NCBI GenBank assembly: GCA_010093605.1
Contig: MU004190.1
Span: forward strand, 186,001-250,000
From: Lophium mytilinum
Taxonomy: Eukaryota
DNA length: 64,000 nt
Reading direction: 5' to 3'
The notes below the pieces were generated by a model that did not search any database, had not been told where the DNA came from, and saw only the letters and a program-made list of their open reading frames with translations. Positions 1-12,963 of this stretch are shown one piece after another (within the stretch, counting starts at the first letter, position 1; each line of letters opens with the position of its first letter). The translations under genes were made by a program, and so were the position numbers.

Positions 1-693
1 TATTTCTTGGAAAACCCAAGCTCGAGTGAACCATTCATTTCGGAAGATGCGGATGAGAGCGCCGTGAGCCTCCGCAACGTCGGGCTGCTTGAAGGACTTG
101 ATCAGCTTCTCTTGCAGAAGGTGCACTGTCTCCCTCTTCTTGGACGAGGCTTTGCAGATATCAATCAGCTCAATGAGGTAGCCGTCGATAGGTATGTCCC
201 TAAGCCATACCAACACTCGCTCGCCGTGCCTGTAGATGTCCCCCATAATCTTCACCTGGTGGTTTCTCTCGTTGATAATGGTCTGGTTGATGCAAATTTG
301 ATCGATCCACAGGTAACCGGTGCGGCAATGCCATGAAAGCCAGGGAATAGCTTCGGCAAGATTGCTATTGATGAGCATTGTTTTGAACTTCCCATTCACC
401 CCAATCGATCCAAGATTGAGCTCGCATGCACGAGTAGCATCGCCCCAAACGTATGAGACCGTCTCGAAGGGCGGAGCCTTATGTAAGACGTGGTGTTCGA
501 TGCTATATTCCCATGTTTCATCCGCAGATGATTTGGCGACTCGAAGAAGACGGATTTCGTTCGCGTGTAGAAGAGGGTCGAAAGTGTACCGCAAGGTTCG
601 ACTTTGAGGGCTCGTAGAGGTAATGCTTTTGAGGGACTGTGAAGGCGACTCGAGAGTTTCGGAGGCTCGTCGCTTTCTCGAGGTCGTGGTCAT
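1..693 (-). CDS. Heterokaryon incompatibility (HET) domain protein, 5' part; continues past the window start
   Basis: Manual translation of the minus strand from ATG at 693 (frame absent from the ORF track): ...EIRLLRV...PFETVSYVWGD...YLWIDQICINQ...ERNHQVKIMGDIYRHGERVLVWL...WFTRAWVFQEI, i.e. the SYxWG, WIDxICINQ and WFxRxWxxQE hallmarks of the HET domain. Confidence 0.92.
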   Translation of the reverse strand, partial: MTTTSRKRRASETLESPSQSLKSITSTSPQSRTLRYTFDPLLHANEIRLLRVAKSSADETWEYSIEHHVLHKAPPFETVSYVWGDATRACELNLGSIGVNGKFKTMLINSNLAEAIPWLSWHCRTGYLWIDQICINQTIINERNHQVKIMGDIYRHGERVLVWLRDIPIDGYLIELIDICKASSKKRETVHLLQEKLIKSFKQPDVAEAHGALIRIFRNEWFTRAWVFQEI

Positions 694-1590
694 TGTGTTC
701 GAAGATCGACAACGAAAGAGGTGTCGTGGGCGGTTCTGGTATAGCCTGGTGGGCTGGGAAAGAAGACATTGTAGAAGAGGGAGCCCGCACGCCCTGCATC
801 GCGACGTTGGGAGAGGTGCATGAGGCTGAGGCTGTGCGTGAATGGGTTGAGGTTGAGAGTGGCAGCCTGAATGCCTGAGGCATCATTTCGTGCACAGGCC
901 ATCAACGCCATCCGCCCATCCTCGACTATAGGCATGCATCTTCATCGACAGAACTTTCCGATTGTGCAAACGAACAAAATGATTAGAGTAACTAGGTTTT
1001 AGTGTACGCGTGAGCTACAGACCCAATAATGCCGTTTCTAACCTTAGCCATCCCTCTTCTAACGTTCTTCTACTCTACCTCTAAATCCGCATCGCTATCC
1101 TCATCGTCATCAAGACTGTCCATCTTTCATCTCATTTCTTCTTTATCACTCTCAAACAATGTTCTTGCTTCAGTTATTGATGCGTTCACTATTCTTAGGT
1201 GCTCTGAACAGTCACGGGTCCTCGAGACATCTTCAGCTCCAGCGCCTCTCATGCAGCCTAGCGTAGCTTGCAGAAATCGGTTGCCTAGACTTGCCCTAAG
1301 CCTCAGCTCCCAACTCCTCAGAGCTACGATTTGCCATCAACGCTCAGCCAAGTCAAGAGCGGTGATAGTCCACAGTAATGGTGGACTTCAAGCTGACCCA
1401 ATCATGGGATACTGAATATGCGATTGCACCCGAGCTGAAGACACCAGGGTCTCCCGCAAGGTCGAGGCCCGGTCAAGCGAAAAGATGTCCTTAAAAAGCC
1501 GCGTATTCCTGCTTGGAGATTTAGAGCTGAAGTGAAGACTTCCCGCTCCAGATACTAGAGTGCGGTAAGGTACTTGAGCCTTTCTGTTCT

Positions 1591-3531
1591 ATGATCTCGT
1601 ATGTTGTCATGAACCAACTATCTCCTCCTAAAATCGCATTTCTCTTCCTATCACTCTTCGTGATATCAACAGTTGCGCCCGCCTTACAGAACTTCACGGT
1701 CCTACTCCCACCCGGTACCACCAACCATGGAAACCCCGAACTCTTATGCACTCCGCCTGGGTGGACCGACATTGCGACTTTCTACGTGGGCAACTACCTC
1801 ACCCATGCACTGACGGTGGTCCATATGCCAGGAGAAGAGACGCCAAGCTGGATCATAAATGCGCTCGCATCATTACTCTTCCCACCCTTTGGCCTGTACA
1901 GGGGACTTCGTGCGATTTGGACAAAAGCGGCCTTTGCAAAGAGCGATTTGCAGAAAGCGGCAAGATCGGGCGCGTTATGTATGGTGGTCCGGTCGAGCTC
2001 CTGGAGGCCGATTCAAGATACTGAAATGGCGAATGCCATTCTATTGAGTCCAGAAGACCAAGCTCCCGTTGAAAAAGGGACTAAAGCGGAACCTAGAGCG
2101 GCAAGGCCACATCACCAGGACGATGAGCCCAATCGTTCTACTCCTGAAGACACCGAAGGGCTTCTGGCTTCTGATACTGCCCAAGAAACTATCCACCTCT
2201 CAGATATCCCGTTGAAAACGGATGGCCCAGTATTGCAACGAGTACACGTTTGCGTCTTCGCAGCTCCGTGGTCATACTGCCGCTACGAAGGGCCCGAATC
2301 CGCCAACTCTCGCACAGTACGATCGTCACCCGACCTTCCAGAAGGATACAAACTCGTGATAGTCCCACCAGATACGCCCATACGACCTCTGAACGTCGAT
2401 AACGGGGACAACATCATCTCGTGCAGCCACGATTGGGTCACAGGACTAATCGCAGTAGCTCAGGCGATCTTTGCTATCGTAACTCTCTGGCAGTCCCGAG
2501 GAGATCAGGTCCAGCGTTATGGGTACGCTGCTTTTGGCCTCACAGTCGCGCCCTACGCTACTATGTCTTTTGTCAACCTGCTAGGCACGCTCATGCGGCC
2601 AGATTTTGATGCAGTGTATCTAGTGGGCTCGCCGGCCATGTTGGAGGCACGGTCACGGGTAAAGGGCAGCCCGGAGGGATACTTCCCAGGAACGGTCGCG
2701 GAGCTAGAGGTTGATGAGACGTTCAACTTCCAGTCTCACAACGTAAATCCTAGGATGCGGTTCATGAAACACCCGCTTGAATTCAAAGCTTCCAATGGAA
2801 TTTTGGAAGTACACTCACCAGAACTGAACGTGCTGTATGGAAGCGCTGTCAAAGAAACCGAGATGCCGAAGAGGTGAGTTCGAAAGCTTTCAAATCAAGT
2901 CCCAGACCCACACTAACATGTCCTACCCAGCACCACCACAACCCAAACCACCGAAATCTCAGAGACCATTTCCGCAATAGTCCTCCAAGCGCGCAAAAAG
3001 TGGCCCGGCTACACCAACAACCCCGAGCGGCCCCTCCTCCTCATCCCCTCCTGCGACCCCTTCCGCTACCTCCAACGCGACCAAACCCTCTACACCCTCC
3101 CCCTGCCCCGCTGGAGAGGCTCCCAGCGCGGCTGGGACATCAACTGGACCCTCGACGGCCACAACTCCCTGCTCCCCTACAGCAGCTCCTTCGTCGAGCG
3201 GGCGCGCTGGTATGGGTTCTTACTCGGCATGTTGCCGCTGGCCATTATCGGCGGCATATCGCGCTTCCGTGGTGGCTCGAGTAGTGTGACGCAGCGAGCT
3301 TTGACGATGTTGTGGGTTAGTTGGGGGGTGGCTATAGGGTTCGCGAAGGCGGAGAGTACGAGGGGAGATGTGATTGAGTTGGCTAAGGAGAAGGGGAGGC
3401 TGAAGAAGTGGAAAGTTTTGGGTTTGGAGCTGTTGCTGTTATTGCCGATTGGTGCGCCGGCGGTGGCTGGGTTTGTGGTCGTGGGGTTGATGCTGAAGGA
3501 GTTTGGGGTTTGTTTGGTGCTGCCATCTTAA
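1591..3531 (+). CDS. Uncharacterised multi-pass membrane protein (2 exons)
   Basis: ORF 1591-2877 joins the frame ending at 3531 through an intron at about 2874-2930 (GTGAGT...CACTAAC...CAG); N-terminal hydrophobic segment and several transmembrane stretches. Confidence 0.7.
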
Positions 3532-4590
3532 CTATCTAGTGCTTGGACCGCTGGCACTTCAGGCAGCGTTTTCTCTCCATCTTCTGTCTTTCAAACCTAC
3601 TTTTTAGCGGATTTCTCTGTTGTAATTGCCATAAGGCGCAAGGGGGGTTTTGCTTTCTCATAAGTTCGCAGCGGAGCTGCTCTTGGGTTGAAATCCACTC
3701 TCCTCGGGTTTCTTCCTCTAGACTCATACAGGCTCGCTTATTGAATCGACTGGGGACGATCTAGATGAAGCCATCGGTGTCGCCGCATTCATCTTTATCC
3801 TGCCGCGAAGAACTGTATACCGATTCTGCAAGCGACTGTACATGCAACTGCACTGGTTTAAAGAGAGCTCTGACGTGAACCCGGGTAGCCCTGTAGTTCC
3901 TGGCCATACTAATAGCTCGAACCGGCTCCACTTTGTACAGGTTAATCGGGTTTCCTGGGTTTCTTTGGGTTTATTAGGCTGGCATATAAACAATTTCAAA
4001 CCGTCAGTACCTAGTAGTCGCACATAGTGCCCAACTGCAGGCTCTGCCAACCCGCTGTTTAGAGCGCGAGAGAGCTCCAATGCACGAACTAAGGTCCTGC
4101 CCGGTAATCACCCAACTCACCCATTACAATTCCTTGCGAAACCAGGTTCCCCCGTTTTTCGGTTCAGTACCTATCCGTCCTGAGTGGCTGGTAAAGAACA
4201 AATTCTCACGGAAAGATGGCACGTTTCAACTCTCGCCTCGGTCGGACGTTTTTCTTTTTTTGCATCGCCACACCTTACCGGGCGCAGCAAGCCAGCTGGC
4301 AGGTGAGGCAGACTGATACAACGTTTTGCGGTGACCACCCATATAATTAATTCCCTCGGCCGATACCATTTGGCCCACTGCCTCTTCTTCAACTATGACG
4401 AATCTTTCATCGCCTCAGCCTTGACGCAAGAACGGTGTAATGCGGAGTGGCTGCTGCCTGCATGTACGACGCGAAAATTCAAGCTTTGATCGATAGCTCC
4501 TCTCAATCAACACCACCATTTCTCTAAATCCGCAACCCTAACAGTTCGCGCGAACTAAAATAAAAGCTTCACCGGTATCCAACTGTAGCC

Positions 4591-7500
4591 ATGAACGGCA
4601 TTCCCTCCACGCAAGACAACAACAGTCACCTCAAGAGGCGACACCAGGAGGACGACGCGGACAGCGGTCCTAAGTTTCTACACCTTCATAACCAATCTTC
4701 AATTCTAACGAATCCGTTCAAAAGAAGTCGCAATAACTCGGAGTCCTCCTTTACATCCTTGCAGATTGGAACCGAGGAGTCCACGAAATCTAGAAATCCT
4801 CGAGCTAGTCCCACCAGCCTCGTTGGTCGTACAGCCTCTCCGGCATGGCGCCCGAGCTCAATTTATCATGATGAGATTCCTCCGGACCATACGGCTCCTG
4901 GAGAAACTCTGACAATATTGTCTTCAAACGGACCCCCGAAGGTTGGTTCAGAGAATCTAATTCATTTCGCGGCCGACAAAGACAGCACATTCCCACCAAT
5001 GGTTTTTGAGAATGGGGAACCACACTGGGAAATCAATATTCCTGGCGTCATTACGGAAGATGACAATCTTTTCGTCTCACATCCACGCGACAGCAACTCT
5101 GCATTGGCACATGACAATATTCTGTGGCCCTTCGAGGCCCAGGAACAAAATCTGGAGAATAAAGATCCAGCCACACATATGCCGCCACTTGCTGAGGTTG
5201 ATACCTGCTTTGGAGCGGTGAGTATACGATTCAATAATACGGAAAAGACACTAACTCTGGTCAAAGATTGAAGTAGGGAATTGCGCAATTCCACCGGAAT
5301 TCTCGAACCAACGGAAAAAGAAGAGAGAAATTGATCTTGATATTAATGGCCGTTTAGTCACACTACGGGATCCAGAATCTCGAGAAAATGTGTGTACTCT
5401 TCACCACGATGCAGCACTTCTAATCACAACACTTGCCAATGAATATGGAGTAACTTTTGATGTTGCTATTAAAGACTGCAACAGACTGTGGATTACTTTG
5501 TATGGTTTTCAAGAGAACAGTGACACCGTGGGAGATTTTCTCGCGGAGAAAGAGTATTTTCTGCAGGCACCAGACGACTACAATAGATCTGTAAGATACT
5601 TCAACCCGCAGATGTTACTACGGCCAGTGACGGATTTCCAGGCGTATTTAGACATAGAGTCAGAGACTCCTTCGAATCAGACTCTGCCAATGGACACCGC
5701 TACAGAATCAAGAATCTCTGCAGTCCTAGATTCTGCGTCTGGTCCCACCAAGTTCAGTGAGGTTCAGGTCAGCAATAAGCTTGAGACGGAACTAATGGTG
5801 TGAGTTCTTGTTCTGAAACTTAGTATCTCTTTCATGTTATACTAATCGAAGTGATGTAGTCACCAGAAGAAGGCTCTTGCAATGATGGTTGAAAAGGAGA
5901 GGGGAAATATAATCAGTCCAGAGTTTCCGTCCGTGTGGCTCGAAACCAGAGATCTTGCCGGTAAACCAAAGTATAACACCGGACTTGTTCATTTATTCAA
6001 GAGACCTTTATTGACCACGTTCTAGATATCAAAACACTATCACGAACTCATCTCGACGACAAGATCCCTCCGTATGTTTGGGTGGCATCCTAGCAGATGT
6101 AGGTTGTGGGGAATTTCACATGACTGCTTCAAAAGCTGACAGGGCTGTGTAATTAGGACATGGGTCTAGGTAAAAGCCTGACTGCTTTGGCCTTGATTGC
6201 GGGCTCGATGCAAGAATCAATATCCCCTTCCAAGGATCAGTCAACATTAAACGATAGCACCTTGATTGTTGCACCCTTGTCCAGTGAGTGATCCTAGTGG
6301 ACGGTTGCGTCTGACTGCTATATATGTACGAGACTAAAATACTAACAGCGCTTCCAAACTGGGAAAATGAGATAGCGAAGTAAATCACTTATCTACATGA
6401 TACATACAAGCACTCATTCGCTAATAATTCCTATAGGCACTTCAAACCGAAGTCCATTACGGTCACAGTCTATCATGGCCCAAAACGGGCTCAGCACGTT
6501 GCGTCCCTTCAACGCAGTGAGATCGTTCTCACCACGTATGATATTGTGAAGATGGATTCGTTCCAGACTTCCAGAGCTAAAAGCAATGAGCTGGGGCCGC
6601 TTCATAGAGTCCACTGGCGTAGAATCATTCTCGACGAAGGCAAGAGCCACTTCCTCATTTATAGGACTGAATTAACTCATTCTTCCATGTAGCACATATC
6701 ATAAGAAATCAGAAAACGAAAATCTTCCAAGGAGTGGCCACGCTGCAAGCTCGACATCGATGGTGCCTTACAGGAACACCGATACAGAACAACATTGAAG
6801 ACCTAGGAGCACTCGTGCAGTTCCTTCGAGTTGCGCCTTTCGATACACCTGCAAGCTTCAAGAATATCTTCCTGACGCCAATAATAAAGGAACAAGCCGA
6901 CGGTTGGATGAAGCTTACTTCGCTTATCCGGGCCATTTCCCTTCGCCGTACAAAAGAATCAGAAAGAATCAACCTACAGCTTTCCAAAGTAAATGAAGCT
7001 CTCCAATTGGTAAAGTTAGATGCACGAGAAGAGACCATCTACAATACCATCAAGCGATCATTTAGTCTTGGAATCGAATCATCTAGGTTGAACGATTCCG
7101 TTCTTCAAACCATTCTTCGACTTCGACAAGTCTGCAATCATGGATCCGATCTTTTACCCATAGCCATCCAAAATTGGTTGGATTGCGCTCTGAAATCTGC
7201 CGATATTCCTCCTGGCGACATTTTACGGATCCAGCCTTGCGAATGCTGCGATGACATAATGGAAATCGAAAATGACTTCGAACACCTGTTATTGTGTCTC
7301 CACTCAATCTGCTCCCGGTGTCTCATGAATACAAGAGATGAATACCAACCAGATGTCAAGATCTGCCCGATCTGCTCCAATCATAGTTCCCAGGGACATA
7401 TCAGAGAAAAATCAATGACCAACACAAGCACATACACACCGTCGTCGAAAGTCAAAGCACTCTTACAAAACTTAGCAGCGTCTGGACTTGACTCCAATGG

Positions 7501-8240
7501 CAATCCCGTAAAAAGGTACCGTGCCCATTGGCCCAAATTCTTATCATTACTGACGAGTTTCCAATCATCATAGTGTCGTCTTCTCTAATTGGACGAGAAT
7601 GCTCGATTTATTAGAGAAGGCTTTTGAAAGGAGTCGATTTACATATCAAAGAATTGACGGCACAAAGTCGCTGCAACAAAGAAGGGAGGCACTTACGAAA
7701 TTCAAAGAAGATTCGTCCTGTAGAGTTCTTCTGGCTACTTTAGGAAGTGCCGCGGTTGGGTATTATGCCTACGTTCGTAGCTGTAGTGTCAGGACTAATT
7801 CCCAGCTAGACTTGATCTTACCGCTGCTAGCCATGTTCACCTTGTAGAGCCTGGGTGGAACCCCATGCAAGAACGGCAAGCTCTCGATCGGGTTAACAGA
7901 TGGGGTCAGAAGAACCCCGTAAAGGCGTTCCGATATGTCGTCGAGACAGAAGATTCTGTCGAAAAAGTAGGTTAATTGCCTGCAGCTTCCAACTTTTGGC
8001 CCGTTCGCACAATATTGGAACCTAATCTTGCTCCAGCACATAGTCGTTGTGCAGCAACGTAAATTGCAGCTCATATCTTCCTCGTTTGGAGATGAGAAGA
8101 CAATTTCAGAGGAGCTGAAGCATAGTATCAATGTAAGTGTAAACACTAATTCTTCTTCTTTATGTCTCTTTCACCATATTTTCTACGACAATGTTCTAAT
8201 TAAATGACCATAGGAATTCGCGAAGAGACTCGGTGGCTGA
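4591..8240 (+). CDS. SNF2-family helicase/ATPase with RING finger (Rad5/Rad16-like), multi-exon
   Basis: Motifs across exons: HQKKAL, GGILAD/DMGLGKS (I), ILDE|AH (II), WCLTGTPIQN (III), ILRLRQVCNH, RING-like C-x2-C...C-x-H-x2-C-x2-C...C-x2-C, RIDG, GLDLTAA, EPGWNP, QALDRVNRWGQ (VI). Exon boundaries approximate. Confidence 0.88.
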
Positions 8241-8296
8241 AACATAATTTCTCAAGCTCTGTAGCAAGGAGACTCGAATTCTACAAGATACTATTA

Positions 8297-11200
8297 CTAA
8301 CCTCTGTCCTCGGAGGGTTCCTCTTCTTGAACAAAATCATGATCTGGAGTAATATCTTCACCGGTCCGTATTTTCTGCACTAACTCATCCCAACTCATCC
8401 CGAAATACGTTTCTACCCTCTTCATGCCCACCATCTCCTTGATTGACTTTGCGACGCCCCCTTCTTGCGCTTTTTCATCCTTAATCGAAGGATAAGGATC
8501 TGCGCCTGCCCGCAGGAAGATTGGTATAAAGTCGTTGGGGCCCCAACGCACCGCTGCACATAACCCGCTATCCAGGTCTTTGTGGTAGGATTCAGGAAGA
8601 ATGGGATCACCGCCGCTTTCCAAGCAGGCCATCAATGCCGCTTTGTTTTTAAAAATTACAGCACACCTTATACCGTCACTGTAATCCCTTGGAGAGATGA
8701 ATCTAGACATGTTCCCCCAACGCTCTGGGAAACCACTCTGACCATTCTGACTTGTCGCGGTCGACTCTATGGCTGATGAGAAGAGCCCATCTGGCCGCAT
8801 CGTAACTGCGAACTCATCCACGAGGATCTCTAACGTTTTGTGACTAAGTTGTTCGAAAGCGGCTTGTATTGCCCTGGTCTTCTTTGATTTCCTCCTAGCG
8901 TACGGTATTGATATGCCTCGGGGGTACAGGAATCTCCTTCTGAAGTCCGGATGTATCACTCCCCCATCACCGGTAGGACTAGTACCGTTCCTCACCAGAG
9001 CTCTGAGTGTGGTGAAATTTTCGAGAAGAATTGAGACCAATAATGCATTCTCCAGGATGGTTGAAAGCGCCTTTGTATTCAGTCCGGTTGATCCACTGAC
9101 GCCCAACTGTTTACCCTGCAAGATCAAGTAGTCGATCAAGTCGCCCGACCCTTTCCAAGCTGCCAGTTGGAGGAGCAGATTGAAGTCGACATCTCGACCC
9201 TGCTCCGAAATAACAGGGATAATATTGCGGGTCAGTTCGAGGTCATCACTTAGAATTGTGTGTTCTAGCATCGCTGACAACTCCCTGGCAGTCAGCCCGC
9301 TCAGTTGAACGCCTGGTTGCAATCTGTCTCTGGGGTTTCCATGATCGGGATGAAAGGCGACACGGTGTTTTTGCAGATCCTCTTCGTACTGAAACCCAAG
9401 GCTAGCATATATGCAATTGGATGCCGGGCATCTGTTCAGCCTTCGATGCGTCTGTTCGTGACTGTCTCGTTCTACGATGCTGGAAAACCCGTTGTGATGA
9501 AATTGGCAGAATCTCCATTTGCATTTGAAGACTTTGGTGCCATAGAGCTTAGATAGGATCTGGCAGTCGCATTGCGTTGGGGACGAGGAGTGTTCACAGT
9601 TTTCTACCATGCTTCCTAATGCCACTTCAAAACGTTCCACGGCTAAGGACACCGCGGTGGGATCCTCGTATATCCAGTCCTCATCTACAGACCATGTCAG
9701 TGGACCTCCCTCGGTCAACGTCTGGATTAGGGATGTCTCACCATCCGGCGTTGTATGACCGTATCGAAGTCTGTCCAAGAATTGAGCTGAAGCAGCCAAT
9801 GAATTTTGGATAGTTGGTGCACCACTGAAGTATTGGAAGTCTGCTAGGAAAAAGCTTGAGCTATCGGACTCATCAGTCGTGGCCGTATTTCCTCGTTCTT
9901 TATAGAATCGAGCTAGAAGACGGTGTATCAAGTCGGCTCTTTCGTCCTCCAGCGTTGAATTTTGAGTCAATGCCCTTACGTGCTCTAACCAGAAGTCTGC
10001 AGCATACCGAAACAGGATGAAGTCTCCTGACAGTATTCGACTTTGCAAATTCTTTTCGTTCTGGTTGGCGAAATCAGCAGAGAAGATTTCGTCGAAGCAG
10101 TTGAACAAGAAAAACGTTAGACAACTTGATATTGCCTCAAAATGTCCGTCCATACGGCTCAAGAAGTTGTCGCTCTGCATCCCAAAGAGATACCTGTACG
10201 AGTATTTCGTCAATGCTGTCTTTTCTAATGTGTACAGCGTGCTGGAGGCCTTCACTTACTCGAATGCTGTGAAATGCACGAACCGAACCACACCGTCTTT
10301 CATCTCGATGACTGAACCGCATGCTGCGTTGATATCTAGCCATAGCTTCCTCTGTTTTGTGAAGTCTGTCATCAAAGAGTCAATGAGAAGGGCCTGCAGC
10401 ACTTCGCATTCAGTAAGTGGGACCTTGGCGCACCCAACCCACTGCAAGATTCGCTTGGCAATTGGATTGCCGTGAATGCGAATCAGAATGCGTTTGTATC
10501 TAAAAATAGTCAGAGAGAAGATCGGAAACGAAGAGAAGGGTCTCTATTTACGCTTGGTCAAGACCGTTGGGAAGGTTTGCCAGTTCTGCCCGTATGCTGT
10601 TGAGGTCTGGCTGGGATTTTGCAATCCCGAGAACTAGTTTAGCATATAGGAACATTCCTATTTATTCATTAATAACTTAGCACATTTAGAGGCACATTCA
10701 CGTAGTTGCTCACCCTTTGCTCTTGTCACGACTCCGTTCAGGCTGGCTGCTATCTCAGAACAGTCGGAGTCATCAGCACCAAGAGCCCTCAGCTCTGCGA
10801 ACCAACCCTTCGCCTCTGACTGAACATAACCTCCAATGTCCGGTCCATTATTCTCATCCACTCTTACAGATACCATTTTATCGTTGAAGGATCCCACGAT
10901 GTCACTCTCTGATCTCGCGCTTAGGAGTAATTTGAGGTTCTCACAACCTTCAAGCGCTTCTAGTAGCATCGGCGCGAGTTTTCTTCGTTTGTGATCGTTG
11001 ATTTCGTCAAGGCCGTCGACAACGACGAAAAGAGAACCAGAATCTTTCGCGATATTGAGGAACAGCTCTTTGACGAACTTGGAATCGCTGGTAAAGTCTT
11101 GCCTCTTGTTAGTGTAGGCGTCCCAGACTATTGGCACCAGCTTGTCATGGTCAGCATTGATAGCTTGAATGATGAGCGAATGTAGAATAGGAATTGGATC

Positions 11201-12438
11201 GCCGAGAAACTGTGAGTCATGAGACAGAAAGACAAACAACACGAGCCGGCCTTCGTTTCGTAAGTGATGAATAACATTAGCAGTTAAGTTTGTCTTGCCT
11301 GAAGCGTGAATTAGCTTGGTCTCTACCGTACCTTTTGCAATCACGTTGATAAAAGACCGATCGTCTACGAAGGAACACTCACCAGCGCCAGGTATGCCCC
11401 GAATCCACAAACCTTTTTCACTAAATGCCTTAGAATTGAGCCATGACTGGAATGCGAGGCTGCTGAAAAACCACTCGCCTGACCCCGCGGAAGTTGCCTC
11501 GATGGAACTATGCAGCTTTGAATGGCACGAAACGCTTGTCATGATGTCAGAAAGTATCTTGAGGCGCATCTGATTTTGATATTTCTTATCATCCTCGTGC
11601 TTCTGTAGGGTGATTCGGCGATGGTGATACGCCTGGAGAACATGCTCGAGTGTCACATTGCTATTCATTATCATCTTGTGATTCTCAATATTTCCTTGGA
11701 TGGCGGCTAGTTTTCTTCGAAAGGTAGGCCACAGCGCTTCGAGTGCCATGTGGAGACCTGTAGAGTAAAGGTATTAGTTTCGATGGCTGAGGGAGCAGTG
11801 ACATATAATGCTGTTCTTACCCTTTTTATTGAAGAAGTTCAACATCTCCATATGCAGGTCAAGAATATCGCGATAGAAGAGACACATCATGCTCTTGACC
11901 TCGTTGTTCTGATCAAACATTTTTGACTCAGCATATTTTCGGAATTGCGGGAGCATGGCCCCAACTTCTTTCAAGACACCAAGTAGCTTCTGGAACGCGG
12001 TGGCGACTGAACTGGCAAACTATAATATATTTGTCAGACCAGCTAAGCAAAGCAAGCATCTTTACCACCAAAATGAGACTAGAGTACTGACCTGGAGGAT
12101 CATCTTCAGAGGCCCCTAAATGGAGTTAGTGCCGATGCAATTTTTGCAATAACCCCTACACTCACCCAAATCAAGCAAATGAATTCAGGTTTCAGCTGAG
12201 CGAATGTGTCCATAGCGCCGATATAGTCTCGCAGGCCCTCTATGTAAGGCTCAATTCTCCTCAAGGCAACCAAACTTTTTGACTTCGACTGAATTTTCTG
12301 AATCTTCTCCACCTCGTCATACACATCTTCAATGGTTCCAAATCTGAGGAATTGATAGCTGAGCGGATTCTTCAGTTCGGAGAAGAAATCCCGCCTGGCA
12401 TCACTGAATGCATCCTCAAGCCATGCATTAGACGCCAT
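8297..12438 (-). CDS. NLR-like NACHT NTPase with N-terminal helical domain, C2H2 zinc fingers and degenerate ankyrin repeats, multi-exon
   Basis: Start MASNAWLEDAF at 12438; Walker A LWIRGIPGAG|KT after removing intron 11299-11382; Walker B FVVVDGLDE; VRFVHFTAFE|YL; C-x4-C...H-x3-H fingers (CKWRFC...HEQTH, CPASNC...HRVAFH); C-terminal LQLAAWKG and FLRAGADP ankyrin-like segments. Confidence 0.85.
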
Positions 12439-12559
12439 CTTGACCTTTTGAACTCTAATAAGAGGTAGGCATTTACGACGACAGCGTGTGAATGTAATAG
12501 ATACGGACAACTGCGTGAGGACTGGAGTGCTTGAGACAGACAAAGTCTGGGCTCGAGAC

Positions 12560-12664
12560 GTAGGAAGACTAGAGGTAGGAAGGGTAAAGGTAGGAAGGGT
12601 AAAGGTAGGAAGGGTAAAGGTAGGAAGGGTAAAGGTAGAAAGAGTAGCGGTAGGAAGAGTAGAG
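12560..12664. repeat. 15-bp minisatellite (GTAGGAAGGGTAAAG), 7 units, 4 perfect
   Basis: Perfect copies at 12575, 12590, 12605, 12620; degenerate copies at 12560, 12635, 12650. Confidence 0.95.
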
Positions 12665-12963
12665 CTAAGTATATGTCGTATGAAAGTCCTAGCAAAACCG
12701 CTGAATTAGGGTGTAGAAGTGAGGCAATTCCGTGAGGCACATCGTAAGGCACCCCCGCACTGCACACCGCGAGGCGCACCCCGCAAGGTACACCGCAAGG
12801 CACATAGCAAGACCCACCGGAAGGGCGAGCAGCCTTCTCAGATGAACGGACTTGAAAACATACATCTTATGGCTGGCACTCATCGCGCACCGCTCTCGTT
12901 ACTTTCCCATGAATAGTATGAGTTCTAGTACCTGAATACGTACCTACCTAGGTAAGGTAAGTA

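Noticed and set aside
1029..1415. Plus-strand 128-aa ORF and an acidic, stop-interrupted minus-strand frame
   Set aside because: No recognisable domain; may be a decayed gene but cannot be supported.
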